From positions 20,926 to 84,925 of the forward strand of contig CAYWPQ010000002.1 in NCBI GenBank assembly GCA_964460315.1: a stretch of DNA of 64,000 nucleotides, in the 5' to 3' direction. This stretch comes from an uncultured Bordetella sp. (GTDB taxonomy: Bacteria > Pseudomonadota > Gammaproteobacteria > Burkholderiales > Burkholderiaceae_A). The notes under the pieces were generated by a model that worked only from the letters and a program-made list of their open reading frames with translations, made no database searches and was not told where the DNA came from. Positions 11,336-20,216 of the stretch are shown piece after piece. Made by a program: the position numbers and the translations under genes. Numbering within the stretch: the first letter of the stretch is position 1; the number at the start of each line of letters is the position of its first letter.

Positions 11336-11764
11336 GTGGATTTCTTCTTCGACAACATTATCTTGCTAGTGGCTGCATTTTTAAGCGGCGGCCTTCTTCT
11401 TTGGCCGGTGGTGAGCCGTGGCTCGGGCGCTCTGAATATCAATACGCTTGGCGCCACCCAGCTTCTGAACAGCCAAGATGCGCTTTTGGTCGACCTTCGC
11501 GAATCCAAGGAGCTTGCCCGAGGCGCCGCGCCACAGGCCTTTCACGTCCCCATGAGCAGCCTTGCTGCCCAGCTCGATGAGGTAAAAAAACGGGCCACCA
11601 AGGGCAAAGATCAGGTTCCTGTGGTGCTCATGTGCCAGAGCGGCTGGCGAGGCATGAAGGCCGGACGGATGCTCAAAAAGGCGGGTATTGCGCAGGTGTT
11701 CAACCTCGAGGGTGGCTTCGATGCCTGGCAACAGGCTGGCCTGCCCGTATCCAAACGCAGCTAA
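11336..11764 (+). CDS. Membrane-anchored single-domain rhodanese sulfurtransferase
   Basis: N-terminal TM helix and active-site loop CQSGWRG; GTG 11336 preceded by AGAGGA. The ORF is open from 11279 but would then overlap the gpmA start. Confidence 0.75.
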   Translation: MDFFFDNIILLVAAFLSGGLLLWPVVSRGSGALNINTLGATQLLNSQDALLVDLRESKELARGAAPQAFHVPMSSLAAQLDEVKKRATKGKDQVPVVLMCQSGWRGMKAGRMLKKAGIAQVFNLEGGFDAWQQAGLPVSKRS

Positions 11765-11777
11765 ACCGGAGAGCACC

Positions 11778-12035
11778 ATGCCCAAAGTTGTGATGTACAG
11801 CACGGCCGTCTGCCCTTATTGCCAGCGAGCTGAGATGCTTTTAAAGCAACGCGGCGTCACTGAAATTGAAAAGATTCGGATTGACCTTGACCCGGCGCAG
11901 CGCGACGAGATGATGGCCAAAACCGGCCGTCGAACGGTACCGCAGATCTTCATCGGGGATCGTCATGTTGGCGGATTCGACGATCTTGCTGCGCTTGACC
12001 GGGATGGCGGCCTCGCCCCTTTGCTGGCGAGCTAA
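11778..12035 (+). CDS. grxC: Glutaredoxin 3
   Basis: 85 aa, VVMYSTAVCPYCQRAEMLL, TVPQIFIGDRHVGGFDD. Confidence 0.9.
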   Translation: MPKVVMYSTAVCPYCQRAEMLLKQRGVTEIEKIRIDLDPAQRDEMMAKTGRRTVPQIFIGDRHVGGFDDLAALDRDGGLAPLLAS

Positions 12036-12061
12036 TGTTTTATTGACCCTAAAGAAGAAAG

Positions 12062-12607
12062 ATGGCCATGGCTGAAAAAGCTCAAAAGAAAAATTCTGCG
12101 TCGGCAGCACCCAAAGAAGCTGCAGCGCCGAAGCAAGAGGTCACGCCTCAGTTCAATCTGCAGCGCGTCTATCTAAAAGATCTCTCGGTCGAAATTCCTG
12201 ACGCACCCGCGGTTTTCCTTGACCAGTCCGAGCCCAAGCTTGAGTTCCAGATCGACACCGCTGAGCAAGAACTCCAGGCGGGCCTCTACCAGATCGCGGT
12301 CCGCTGCACAGTCACCTGTCGTCTTGGTGATCGGGTGGGTTTCTTGGTGGAAGCGACCCAGGCTGGTATTTTTGAAATTCTTGGTGTGCCCGACGATCAG
12401 CTGGAACTGCTCAAGGGAATTTCGTGCCCCGCCATCATCTACCCTTACTTGCGAGCCAACATTGCTGACGTGATTCAGCGTGCAAGCTTCCCGCCAGTGC
12501 ATCTTGCTGAACTGAACTGGGAGGCGTTCTATCAGCAGCGCTTAAGCCAGGCCGTCGCAGCGAAAGAAACCTCGGACAGCGGCCTGATTCTGCCGAAGAA
12601 AAAGTAA
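12062..12607 (+). CDS. secB: Protein-export chaperone SecB
   Basis: FNLQRVYLKDLSVE..., CPAIIYPYLRANIAD; Lys/Ala-rich N-terminal extension. Confidence 0.9.
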   Translation: MAMAEKAQKKNSASAAPKEAAAPKQEVTPQFNLQRVYLKDLSVEIPDAPAVFLDQSEPKLEFQIDTAEQELQAGLYQIAVRCTVTCRLGDRVGFLVEATQAGIFEILGVPDDQLELLKGISCPAIIYPYLRANIADVIQRASFPPVHLAELNWEAFYQQRLSQAVAAKETSDSGLILPKKK

Positions 12608-13728
12608 TGACCCAATCGGCCGTGTTGCCCCGTGTCCTTGTGATCGGAGCAGGTGCCTGGGGCACGGCTGTAGCCATTCATTTCGCGCGTCGCTCGGTTC
12701 ATGGGCAGGTCACGCTGGTTGGGCGTGACGCCACTCAGATGACCTTGATGCTTGAGCGACGGGAAAACGAAACCTATCTGAAGGGCTTTGCGTTCCCTCC
12801 TCAGCTCGGCGTCGAGACGGACATTTCGGCTGCCTTAAGAAACTGGCGTGCCCAGTTGCAGCCGCTTCGTTTGTCGGGCCAATCATCAACAACCTCAGCA
12901 TCACCTTCAGATCACGCGTCAGGGCTTTTGATTTTGGCGACACCTCTGTCGGGGCTAACTCAAGCGTTAAGCCTTGTTCGCGATACGCTTGGGCAGGCTC
13001 GCGAAGGCGAGGGCTTTGTCTGGCTGGCGAAGGGACTTGCCCTTGACTCACATGATTCAAAGACGCTGAGATGGCCTCATGAAATGGCGAAAGACGCCTG
13101 CCCGGGATGGCCGTGTGGCGCGCTTTCGGGGCCGAGCTTTGCGCAAGAGGTTGCGGCCGGGCTGCCGGTTGCGTTGACTCTGGCCAGTGAAAATCTTGCA
13201 TGGGCCCGCATCACTGCGCAGCAATGTCACGGGGGAGGCATGCGTGTCTACGCAACCTCAGACCTGATCGGCGTTGAGCTTGGCGGCGCCATGAAGAATG
13301 TTCTTGCAATCGCTGCGGGCGTTTGTGATGGCTTGAATCTTGGCGCCAATGCCCGAGCCGCCTTGCTTACCCGCGGCCTATCCGAAATGGCACGTCTTGG
13401 CCGTGCCATCGGTGCGCAAACGGCAACCTTCATGGGGCTTGCCACGCTTGGTGATTTAATTCTTACCGCCACGGGTGACCTCTCTCGCAATCGGCGTGTG
13501 GGGCTGGGTCTTGCCAAGGGCCAGCCGCTGGCTCAGGTGGTTCAAGGCCTTGGCCATGTTGCCGAGGGTGTGGCCACGGCACCGGCGCTGCTTGCCCTGG
13601 CTCAGCGACACGGTGTGGATGTGCCCATTACGGAATCCGTGAGCCAGTTGATTGCGGGTCGATGGTCGGCCTCTCAGGCGATTGAACAGTTAATGTCTCG
13701 CGAACCAAGGGATGAACATGTCGGTTAA
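12607..13728 (+). CDS. gpsA: NAD(P)H-dependent glycerol-3-phosphate dehydrogenase
   Basis: IGAGAWGTAVA, SGPSFAQEVA, GGAMKNVLAIAAG, SRNRRVG; carries an extra Ser/Thr-rich insertion near aa 78-105. Confidence 0.9.
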   Translation: MTQSAVLPRVLVIGAGAWGTAVAIHFARRSVHGQVTLVGRDATQMTLMLERRENETYLKGFAFPPQLGVETDISAALRNWRAQLQPLRLSGQSSTTSASPSDHASGLLILATPLSGLTQALSLVRDTLGQAREGEGFVWLAKGLALDSHDSKTLRWPHEMAKDACPGWPCGALSGPSFAQEVAAGLPVALTLASENLAWARITAQQCHGGGMRVYATSDLIGVELGGAMKNVLAIAAGVCDGLNLGANARAALLTRGLSEMARLGRAIGAQTATFMGLATLGDLILTATGDLSRNRRVGLGLAKGQPLAQVVQGLGHVAEGVATAPALLALAQRHGVDVPITESVSQLIAGRWSASQAIEQLMSREPRDEHVG

Positions 13729-14269
13729 AACGGTGACGGTATTTTGTGGCTCTCGCGAGGGCAATGACTCCAAGTGGTCGGCCATTGCCGAGTCTTGTGG
13801 CCGAGAGCTTGCCCAACGAAACCTTGCCCTGGTCTATGGCGGCGGGAGAAACGGTCTGATGGGCGCGGTGGCCAGGGGTGCGATTGCCCAAGGCGGCCAG
13901 ACCACGGGGGTTATTCCAGAAAGCCTCTTGTCCATCGAACCCGCGATGGATGGACTCACCGAGCTCTTGGTGGTGGATTCCATGCATACACGCAAATCGA
14001 TCATGTCCGAGCGCGCTGATGCCTTTCTTGTGCTGCCCGGCGGCATTGGCACCTTTGAAGAGTTTTTCGAGACCTGGACATGGCATCAGATTGGGCTGCA
14101 TACCAAGCCCGTGGTGCTATTGAACGCCTTCGACTACTACACACCGCTATTGGGTTTCCTTGAGCATGCGGTCGGCCTTGGTTTTTTAAAGCCCGGGCAT
14201 CATCGTCATGTGCGTGTCGCCACCAAGGTGGACGAGGCCTTTGACCTAATGACTTCCGCAAAAGCCTAG
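13712..14269 (+). CDS. LOG family protein (TIGR00730, nucleotide 5'-monophosphate nucleosidase)
   Basis: [18 protein letters not shown] (PGGxGTxxE) motifs; overlaps gpsA 3' end by 17 nt. Confidence 0.85.
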   Translation: MNMSVKTVTVFCGSREGNDSKWSAIAESCGRELAQRNLALVYGGGRNGLMGAVARGAIAQGGQTTGVIPESLLSIEPAMDGLTELLVVDSMHTRKSIMSERADAFLVLPGGIGTFEEFFETWTWHQIGLHTKPVVLLNAFDYYTPLLGFLEHAVGLGFLKPGHHRHVRVATKVDEAFDLMTSAKA

Positions 14270-14731
14270 CTGCCGCCAGGCCTCATAGGCAGTCACCGCC
14301 ACAGCATTGGACAAATTCATGCTGCGATTGCCAGGCCGCATGGCAAGCCGGAGCCGTTGCGAGTCATCGAACCAGGCAAGCTTCTCACCGAGCCCTTTGG
14401 TTTCTGAGCCGAAAATGAGCCAGTCCCCTTTCTGGAAACTCACCTGATCGGGCCGGCGAGTTCCTTTGGTGGTGAGGGCGAAGGCTCGACTGGGCTCGGG
14501 AGCGGATTGGGTCAGGAAATCATCCCAGCTGGTGTAGGTCTCAAACATGGTGAGCTCGTGATAATCGAGCCCCGCACGTTTCATCTTGCTGTGATCAATC
14601 GGAAAGCCAAGCGGACCCACAAGATGAAGCCTTGCACCGGTGTTGGCGCAGAGTCGAATCACATTACCGGTGTTCGGCGGAATCTCGGGTTCGACGAGGA
14701 CGATGTGAAATTCGGGGATGTTTTCTTGCAT
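14246..14731 (-). CDS. trmL: tRNA (cytidine/uridine-34 2'-O)-methyltransferase TrmL (SpoU family)
   Basis: [43 protein letters not shown]. Confidence 0.9.
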   Translation of the reverse strand: MQENIPEFHIVLVEPEIPPNTGNVIRLCANTGARLHLVGPLGFPIDHSKMKRAGLDYHELTMFETYTSWDDFLTQSAPEPSRAFALTTKGTRRPDQVSFQKGDWLIFGSETKGLGEKLAWFDDSQRLRLAMRPGNRSMNLSNAVAVTAYEAWRQLGFCGSH

Positions 14732-15437
14732 GGGACTTGGTGGCTATTGGGTTTCGGTCAACTCGGGCGACCACTGCGGCAGCGACCACCAGGCCCCCTG
14801 CGGCCTGGATGGCGGCTGCGGCTTCACGGAGTGTCGCGCCGGTGGTCATGATGTCATCGATCAGCAGCACGCGCTTTCCTTGAACTGAGCGGCCGGCAAG
14901 GAAGCTCGCTTGAAGGTTATGGGCCCGCCCTTCTCGGCCAAGTTTGGCCTGCCTTTGGGTCCCTCTGGTTTTCGTCAACCCTTGGCGGGCGATTTTCAAG
15001 TTCCAAGCGTCGGCCAGCGACTGAGCAATCATGACCGACTGGTTAAAGCCTCGATGAGCAAGCCGTGCTGGCGTAATCGGGATGGGCACAAGGATGGGGT
15101 CTTCACCCATCCAAGGTTTTGGAAGACCCCCAAGCAGGCTGCCCAGGACTCGAGCACGAGACCAATGACCGCGGAATTTCGCCGAAAAAATAGCGTCGGT
15201 TAGGGGGCCGTCATAAGGGGCTCGCCAAAGGACTGGGACGCGATGGCCGGAAACCATCAAGGTGCTTACTCCCCAGCGGGTCTGTCGGAGCTCTTGGGAA
15301 CAGGACGGACAAATTGGTGACCCCCATGATGTCCTTGGGCAGACCGAGCACGAACCAAGCATTAAATGTCTTGCGATAAAAGTAAGTGCAAGCTTTAGTT
15401 TTTCTAAAGGGGTTGGATCAGGGGTCTTAGAGGGCAC
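14664..15437 (-). CDS. comF: ComF family phosphoribosyltransferase-domain protein
   Basis: N-terminal Cys4 (CSVCP...CPSC) and PRTase motif [13 protein letters not shown]; 3' tail overlaps trmL by 68 nt. Confidence 0.8.
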   Translation of the reverse strand: MPSKTPDPTPLEKLKLALTFIARHLMLGSCSVCPRTSWGSPICPSCSQELRQTRWGVSTLMVSGHRVPVLWRAPYDGPLTDAIFSAKFRGHWSRARVLGSLLGGLPKPWMGEDPILVPIPITPARLAHRGFNQSVMIAQSLADAWNLKIARQGLTKTRGTQRQAKLGREGRAHNLQASFLAGRSVQGKRVLLIDDIMTTGATLREAAAAIQAAGGLVVAAAVVARVDRNPIATKSHARKHPRISHRPRRTRDSAEHR

Positions 15438-15457
15438 CGATTCAATATACTCGGCAG

Positions 15458-16234
15458 GTGCAAAAAGATCCCCTCATCCGATCGATTGATCCGCGAGCGA
15501 TGCGTCGGCAGCTTGCGCGCAGGGGGCCGAAATCCATTCAGGACCACCCTCTTTGGACGGAGGCCAACGCTCGCCTGGATGAGCGTCTCACCTATATTCG
15601 GACGGACCATATTCGGCCGCAGGACCGCCTGCATCACGACCTTGCCAATTTTGGCGAGGCCATGAACCAGCCGGCCCAGTCGCTCGAGATGATCCGATCA
15701 CTGGGGCTTTTGGCTTACCTTTCCGACCTTCGATCAACCCTTGCTTTCTGGGTTCGATCGTTAAAGCCAGGAGGTCTTTTGATGTTCGTGACCCTGGGGC
15801 CAGACAGCTTTCGGTCATTCGCCAAAGCCTTGGGCGACGTTGACCAGGTGCGACATGTACCTGGCTATCCAGACATGCATGACATCGGAGACGCGCTCAT
15901 TGGGCTGAATTGTGAGAACCCCGTGATGGATGCGGAATGGCTGAATCTCAGCTATCCAAGCCCGGAATCGGCACTTGCCGATCTGCGCCTGCTCGGAGGA
16001 AACCCCCTGCTTTCAAGGCCTGTTGGCCTCTCGAGCAGAGGCTGGCAAGCTCGCTGTTTGGAGGCCATGGAGAGCCTTCGGCTGGGCGACCGCATCGTGC
16101 TTCAAGTTGAACTGGTATTCGGCCACGCCTGGGCCGCTGCCCCGAAATCCGCCGCGAATACGATCGATCAGCAACAGGTCCAGACCATTCGTTGGGTGGG
16201 GAAAGCCCCCAAAAATTTGGCAAGCGACATATAA
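15458..16234 (+). CDS. BioC-like methyltransferase-fold protein lacking the glycine-rich SAM loop
   Basis: Central and C-terminal parts resemble BioC-type class I methyltransferases (LKPGGLLMFVTLGPDSF, HVPGYPDMHDIGD, VMDAEWLNLSY, VELVFGHAW), but no ExGxGxG motif is present. Confidence 0.55.
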   Translation: MQKDPLIRSIDPRAMRRQLARRGPKSIQDHPLWTEANARLDERLTYIRTDHIRPQDRLHHDLANFGEAMNQPAQSLEMIRSLGLLAYLSDLRSTLAFWVRSLKPGGLLMFVTLGPDSFRSFAKALGDVDQVRHVPGYPDMHDIGDALIGLNCENPVMDAEWLNLSYPSPESALADLRLLGGNPLLSRPVGLSSRGWQARCLEAMESLRLGDRIVLQVELVFGHAWAAAPKSAANTIDQQQVQTIRWVGKAPKNLASDI

Positions 16235-16275
16235 TCCGTCAACTCGGTCATCAGGCTTAAGTCGTTGGGGGGAGC

Positions 16276-16734
16276 ATGGAGACGTCATCGAGATCGTGGG
16301 TGCTTCGGCGCAATTGCGTCATGACACCCCGCCAGCTGCTTGTCGCCTTCGGCATCATTGGTGCAGGCACACTGGTCGTCTCTTCCGCATGGGCGCTTTC
16401 AGGTGCCTGGCTCGTGATCCCCTTTATGTTGCTTGAGATCGGTGCTTTGGCACTTGCCTTCGTGGTCTATTGCCGCCATGCGCGCGATCACGAACGCATC
16501 ACGCTTGAGCCCAGCTGTGTCTGTGTTGAGGTGGTACGGGGAGCAACTTCAGATCGAAGGGTGATCCCCAGAGATTGGCTTCGCTGTCAGTTTGATGACA
16601 CCCGCAAGGGCTTAATTAGGCTGGTCAGCCCGAAGCAGGAATTGGAAGTTGGCCAGTTTGTGGATCAGACCGGCCGTAAGAAGTTTTACGACGAGTTCAG
16701 GGCGGCGCTCAGAGGATGTGCGACGCCTGGTTGA
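16276..16734 (+). CDS. DUF2244 integral membrane protein (cytochrome oxidase-associated)
   Basis: RRNCVMTPRQL motif followed by two TM helices; directly upstream of coxB. Confidence 0.7.
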   Translation: METSSRSWVLRRNCVMTPRQLLVAFGIIGAGTLVVSSAWALSGAWLVIPFMLLEIGALALAFVVYCRHARDHERITLEPSCVCVEVVRGATSDRRVIPRDWLRCQFDDTRKGLIRLVSPKQELEVGQFVDQTGRKKFYDEFRAALRGCATPG

Positions 16735-16773
16735 GTTAACAGCAACAACATTGAGGATGGGGGAGACATTTCA

Positions 16774-17550
16774 ATGGACGGACGGTACAACCTTCAAACG
16801 CCCGCAAGCGCCATGGCTGCAGATCTCTACGATCTGCACACATTTTTGTTCTGGCTTTGTGTGGTGATCTTCATCGCGGTCTTCACCGTGATGTTCTATT
16901 CCATCTACGCCCATCGGAAATCCAAGGGCCATCGTCCTGCTGACTTTCATGAAAGCACGGCGGTTGAGGTGGCCTGGACGGTGATCCCCCTCTTGATCGT
17001 CATTGTGATTGGTGTCTACGCCACACCCATCGTGATCGCTCAAAAGAACACCGCCGACGCGGACATCACCATCAAAGCCACGGGTTATCAGTGGCGATGG
17101 GGCTACGACTACCTGAAGGGTGAAGGACAGGGCATCTCGTTTCTGTCGTCGCTCTCCACGCCTCGCGACCAGATCCTTGGCCTGGCCCCCAAAGGCGAGC
17201 ACTATCTTTCAGAGGTCGACAACCCCATGGTGGTCCCCGTCGGTAAAAAGATTCGCGTGGTCACCACCGCCAACGACGTCATCCATGCCTGGATGGTCCC
17301 TGCTTTCGGCGTGAAGCAAGACGCTATCCCTGGCTTTGTTCGCGACACCTGGTTTAAGGCGGATAAAGAAGGAACCTACCGCGGCCACTGCGCCGAGCTC
17401 TGCGGTAAGGACCACGCCTTCATGCCGATTGTCGTCCGCGTGGTGTCGGCCGAGGAATATTCCAAGTGGGTGGCCTCACAGGCCAAGAGCGCAGCCTTGG
17501 CTGCTCCCGTGAAAACTGCTGCCGTTGCCACGTCAGCAGCTGCGAAATAA
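16774..17550 (+). CDS. coxB: Cytochrome c oxidase subunit II (aa3-type, no fused cytochrome c domain)
   Basis: Two TM helices, WxW (YQWRWGY) and CuA site HCAELCGKDHAFM; no CxxCH motif anywhere in the ORF. Confidence 0.9.
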   Translation: MDGRYNLQTPASAMAADLYDLHTFLFWLCVVIFIAVFTVMFYSIYAHRKSKGHRPADFHESTAVEVAWTVIPLLIVIVIGVYATPIVIAQKNTADADITIKATGYQWRWGYDYLKGEGQGISFLSSLSTPRDQILGLAPKGEHYLSEVDNPMVVPVGKKIRVVTTANDVIHAWMVPAFGVKQDAIPGFVRDTWFKADKEGTYRGHCAELCGKDHAFMPIVVRVVSAEEYSKWVASQAKSAALAAPVKTAAVATSAAAK

Positions 17551-17582
17551 GCGTTGTCAATCCAGATTCGAAGGAGATCACG

Positions 17583-19178
17583 ATGAGTGCAGTGTTAGAA
17601 CCTCAACATGGAATCGCTGGGCACGATGATCATGCCCATGATCACCCCCACGGCTGGCGACGCTGGTTGTTTGCAACCAACCACAAAGACATCGGAACCA
17701 TGTACCTCTGGTTCAGCTTTGCCATGCTGTTTGTGGGAGGCTTTCTGGCGCTTGGCATCCGTGCCGAACTCTTTCAGCCTGGCCTGCAGATTCTGAACCC
17801 CGAACTTTTTAATCAGTTCACCACCATGCACGGCCTGATCATGGTGTTCGGCGCCATCATGCCGGCCTTCGTTGGCTTTGCGAACTGGATGCTGCCGCTG
17901 CAGATCGGCGCCAGCGACATGGCCTTCGCCCGCATGAACAACTTCAGCTTCTGGCTCTTGATTCCCGCGGCGTTATTGCTGGTGGCCTCATTCTTCGTGC
18001 CCGGTGGCGCAACGGCTGCTGGCTGGACCCTCTATGCACCGCTCTCGACGCAGATGGGCGTGGGCATGGACCTCGCCATCTTCGCGATTCATATCCTGGG
18101 CGCAAGCTCGATCATGGGTTCGATCAACATCATCACCACCATCTTGAATATGCGCGCCCCTGGCATGACGCTTTTCAAGATGCCGATGTTCGTCTGGACC
18201 TGGCTGATCACGGCCTACCTGTTGATCGCCGTGATGCCCGTGTTGGCTGGCGCCATCACCATGCTTCTGACCGACCGCCATTTCGGCACCAGCTTCTTTA
18301 ATGCCGCTGGCGGTGGCGACCCCGTGATGTACCAGCACATCTTCTGGTTCTTCGGCCACCCCGAGGTCTACATCATGATCCTTCCCGCCTTCGGCATCGT
18401 GTCGGAGATTATCCCCACCTTCTCGCGCAAGAAGCTCTTTGGCTACAGCTCGATGGTCTATGCCACGGCGTCGATTGCCGTGCTCTCTTTTGTGGTTTGG
18501 GCACATCACATGTTCACCACAGGCATGCCGGTGACTGGCCAGCTCTTCTTCATGTACGCGACGATGCTGATCGCTGTGCCAACCGCCGCCAAAATTTTTA
18601 ACTGGCTTGCAACCATGTGGAAAGGCTCGATGACCTTCGAGACCCCCATGCTTTTTGCCGTGGGCTTCATCTTCGTGTTCACCATGGGCGGCTTTACCGG
18701 AATCATTCTTTCGGTGGCTCCGATTGACATCCAGCTGCACGACACCTACTACGTTGTGGCTCATTTCCATTACGTTTTGGTGGCGGGCTCGCTCTTTGCG
18801 CTCTTCGCTGGCCTCTATTACTGGCTGCCGAAGTGGACTGGCCACATGTACGACGAGAAGCTTGGCAAGATCCATTTCTGGCTCTCGATGATCACCTTCA
18901 ACATCACCTTCTTCCCCATGCATTTCCTGGGCCTTGCGGGCATGCCGCGCCGTTACGCCGACTACAACATGCAGTTCGCCGACTTCAATGCGATTGCATC
19001 CGTGGGCGCCTTCGGCTTCGGATTCACCCAGCTGTTCTTGCTCTACATCATCATCAAGTGCATCAAGGGCGGACCCAAAGCAGCCGACAACCCCTGGGGC
19101 AACGAGGGTGGATTGGAGTGGAGCGTTCCATCGCCCGCGCCATTCCATACCTTTGAAACTCCGCCGGTTGTGAAGTGA
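17583..19178 (+). CDS. ctaD: Cytochrome c oxidase subunit I
   Basis: 12-TM heme-copper oxidase: WFFGHPEVYI, VWAHHMFT, HDTYYVVAHFHYV; ATG 17583 chosen. The ORF is open from 17466 but would overlap coxB. Confidence 0.95.
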   Translation: MSAVLEPQHGIAGHDDHAHDHPHGWRRWLFATNHKDIGTMYLWFSFAMLFVGGFLALGIRAELFQPGLQILNPELFNQFTTMHGLIMVFGAIMPAFVGFANWMLPLQIGASDMAFARMNNFSFWLLIPAALLLVASFFVPGGATAAGWTLYAPLSTQMGVGMDLAIFAIHILGASSIMGSINIITTILNMRAPGMTLFKMPMFVWTWLITAYLLIAVMPVLAGAITMLLTDRHFGTSFFNAAGGGDPVMYQHIFWFFGHPEVYIMILPAFGIVSEIIPTFSRKKLFGYSSMVYATASIAVLSFVVWAHHMFTTGMPVTGQLFFMYATMLIAVPTAAKIFNWLATMWKGSMTFETPMLFAVGFIFVFTMGGFTGIILSVAPIDIQLHDTYYVVAHFHYVLVAGSLFALFAGLYYWLPKWTGHMYDEKLGKIHFWLSMITFNITFFPMHFLGLAGMPRRYADYNMQFADFNAIASVGAFGFGFTQLFLLYIIIKCIKGGPKAADNPWGNEGGLEWSVPSPAPFHTFETPPVVK

Positions 19179-19193
19179 TTGAATTCGGCTGAG

Positions 19194-19301
19194 ATGACAG
19201 CACCTCGCAAAGGTTCGAACTTACGGCTGGCCCTGATCCTGGCATCAGTGGCCGCCGTATTTTTTGCAGGCATTGTGGCGAAATATCTTCTTCTTCAATG
19301 A
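19194..19301 (+). CDS. Cytochrome oxidase small assembly protein-like 35-aa single-TM peptide
   Basis: Not in the supplied ORF track. My translation: MTAPRKGSNLRLALILASVAAVFFAGIVAKYLLLQ. It fills the ctaD-ctaG gap exactly and its stop overlaps the ctaG start. Confidence 0.55.
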   Translation: MTAPRKGSNLRLALILASVAAVFFAGIVAKYLLLQ

Positions 19302-19960
19302 TGAACAACGACCCATCCAGCAAGCCATCGCAAGTCCCCTCCGGTGATTCCGGACAGGCCGCATCACCGGCCGTGAAAACCGACAACGGCCGAATGCTTG
19401 GCAAGCTTTTGATGATTGCCATCCTGATGTTCGGGTTTGGTTTCGCCCTGGTGCCGTTTTACGAAAAAATCTGCGAGATCACGGGCATCAACGTCTTGGC
19501 CAGTCGTGACAAGCTCAACTATTCCGAGGCCCGTGAGTTCGCGAAAAACACCCAGGTCGACGCCTCGCGCACGATCACCGTGGAGTTCGATGCCAATGTT
19601 CAGGGCTCCATGGTCTTTAAGCCCAAAACGGCCTACATGACCGTTCACCCAGGCGAACTGGCTACCGTGACCTATGAGGTGATCAACGCCACGTCGGCGA
19701 GCCTGGTGGGCCAGGCGATTCCAAGCTATGCGCCGCGGCATTCCGCAAGCCACTTTAAGAAACTGGAATGCTTCTGTTTTGAGCAGCAAGCGCTTGCAGG
19801 AAAACAAACCCGTGAATTCCCGGTCGTGTTTGTGATTGATCCCAAGCTTCCCGCCGACATCACCACCATTACCCTGAGCTACACCTTTTTTGAAGTCGCT
19901 GGTCACGCGGCTCAAAAGCCAGGGGTAGCGGAGCCTTTGGTGGTTAAGGTTGGGGGCTAA
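19298..19960 (+). CDS. ctaG: Cytochrome c oxidase assembly protein CtaG/Cox11
   Basis: TM anchor and Cox11 copper motif ECFCFEQQ. Confidence 0.9.
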   Translation: MMNNDPSSKPSQVPSGDSGQAASPAVKTDNGRMLGKLLMIAILMFGFGFALVPFYEKICEITGINVLASRDKLNYSEAREFAKNTQVDASRTITVEFDANVQGSMVFKPKTAYMTVHPGELATVTYEVINATSASLVGQAIPSYAPRHSASHFKKLECFCFEQQALAGKQTREFPVVFVIDPKLPADITTITLSYTFFEVAGHAAQKPGVAEPLVVKVGG

Positions 19961-19963
19961 TCG

Positions 19964-20176
19964 GTGAGGGATGTCCTTCAGCGCAAGTCCAGCCTGAGCC
20001 GAACGCTTGCTGCCGTTCTTTGGTCGTTTTTTGGTGTTCGAAAGGGTCGAGACCATGACCGTGACCTTGCCCAGCTGAACCCAATCCACGTGGCCATTGT
20101 GGGGGTTCTTGCGGGAATCGCATTTGTCATCACCCTGATCGTTGTGGTTCGCGTGGTGATCGGTTCATCGTTGTAA
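19964..20176 (+). CDS. DUF2970 small membrane protein
   Basis: 70 aa, LWSFFGVRKG...one TM helix; conserved position between ctaG and coxC; GTG start. Confidence 0.7.
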   Translation: MRDVLQRKSSLSRTLAAVLWSFFGVRKGRDHDRDLAQLNPIHVAIVGVLAGIAFVITLIVVVRVVIGSSL

Positions 20177-20216
20177 ACAGAATATTTTAAAAAGTAGCTT
20201 CGAAGAGGGGAGATTC

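Noticed and set aside
14664-15437. ComF as evidence for a competence or DNA-uptake system
   Set aside because: It is a lone ComF-family PRTase gene in its usual housekeeping position next to trmL. No other competence genes are in the window.
17466-17582. Upstream extension of the ctaD ORF
   Set aside because: It overlaps the coxB 3' end in another frame and encodes Cys/Arg-rich sequence of no recognisable function. ATG 17583 begins a normal subunit I N-terminus.
17988-19148. 386-aa minus-strand ORF antisense to ctaD
   Set aside because: It is a shadow ORF opposite a 12-TM heme-copper oxidase gene. The product is His/Gly/Arg/Glu-rich with no motifs.
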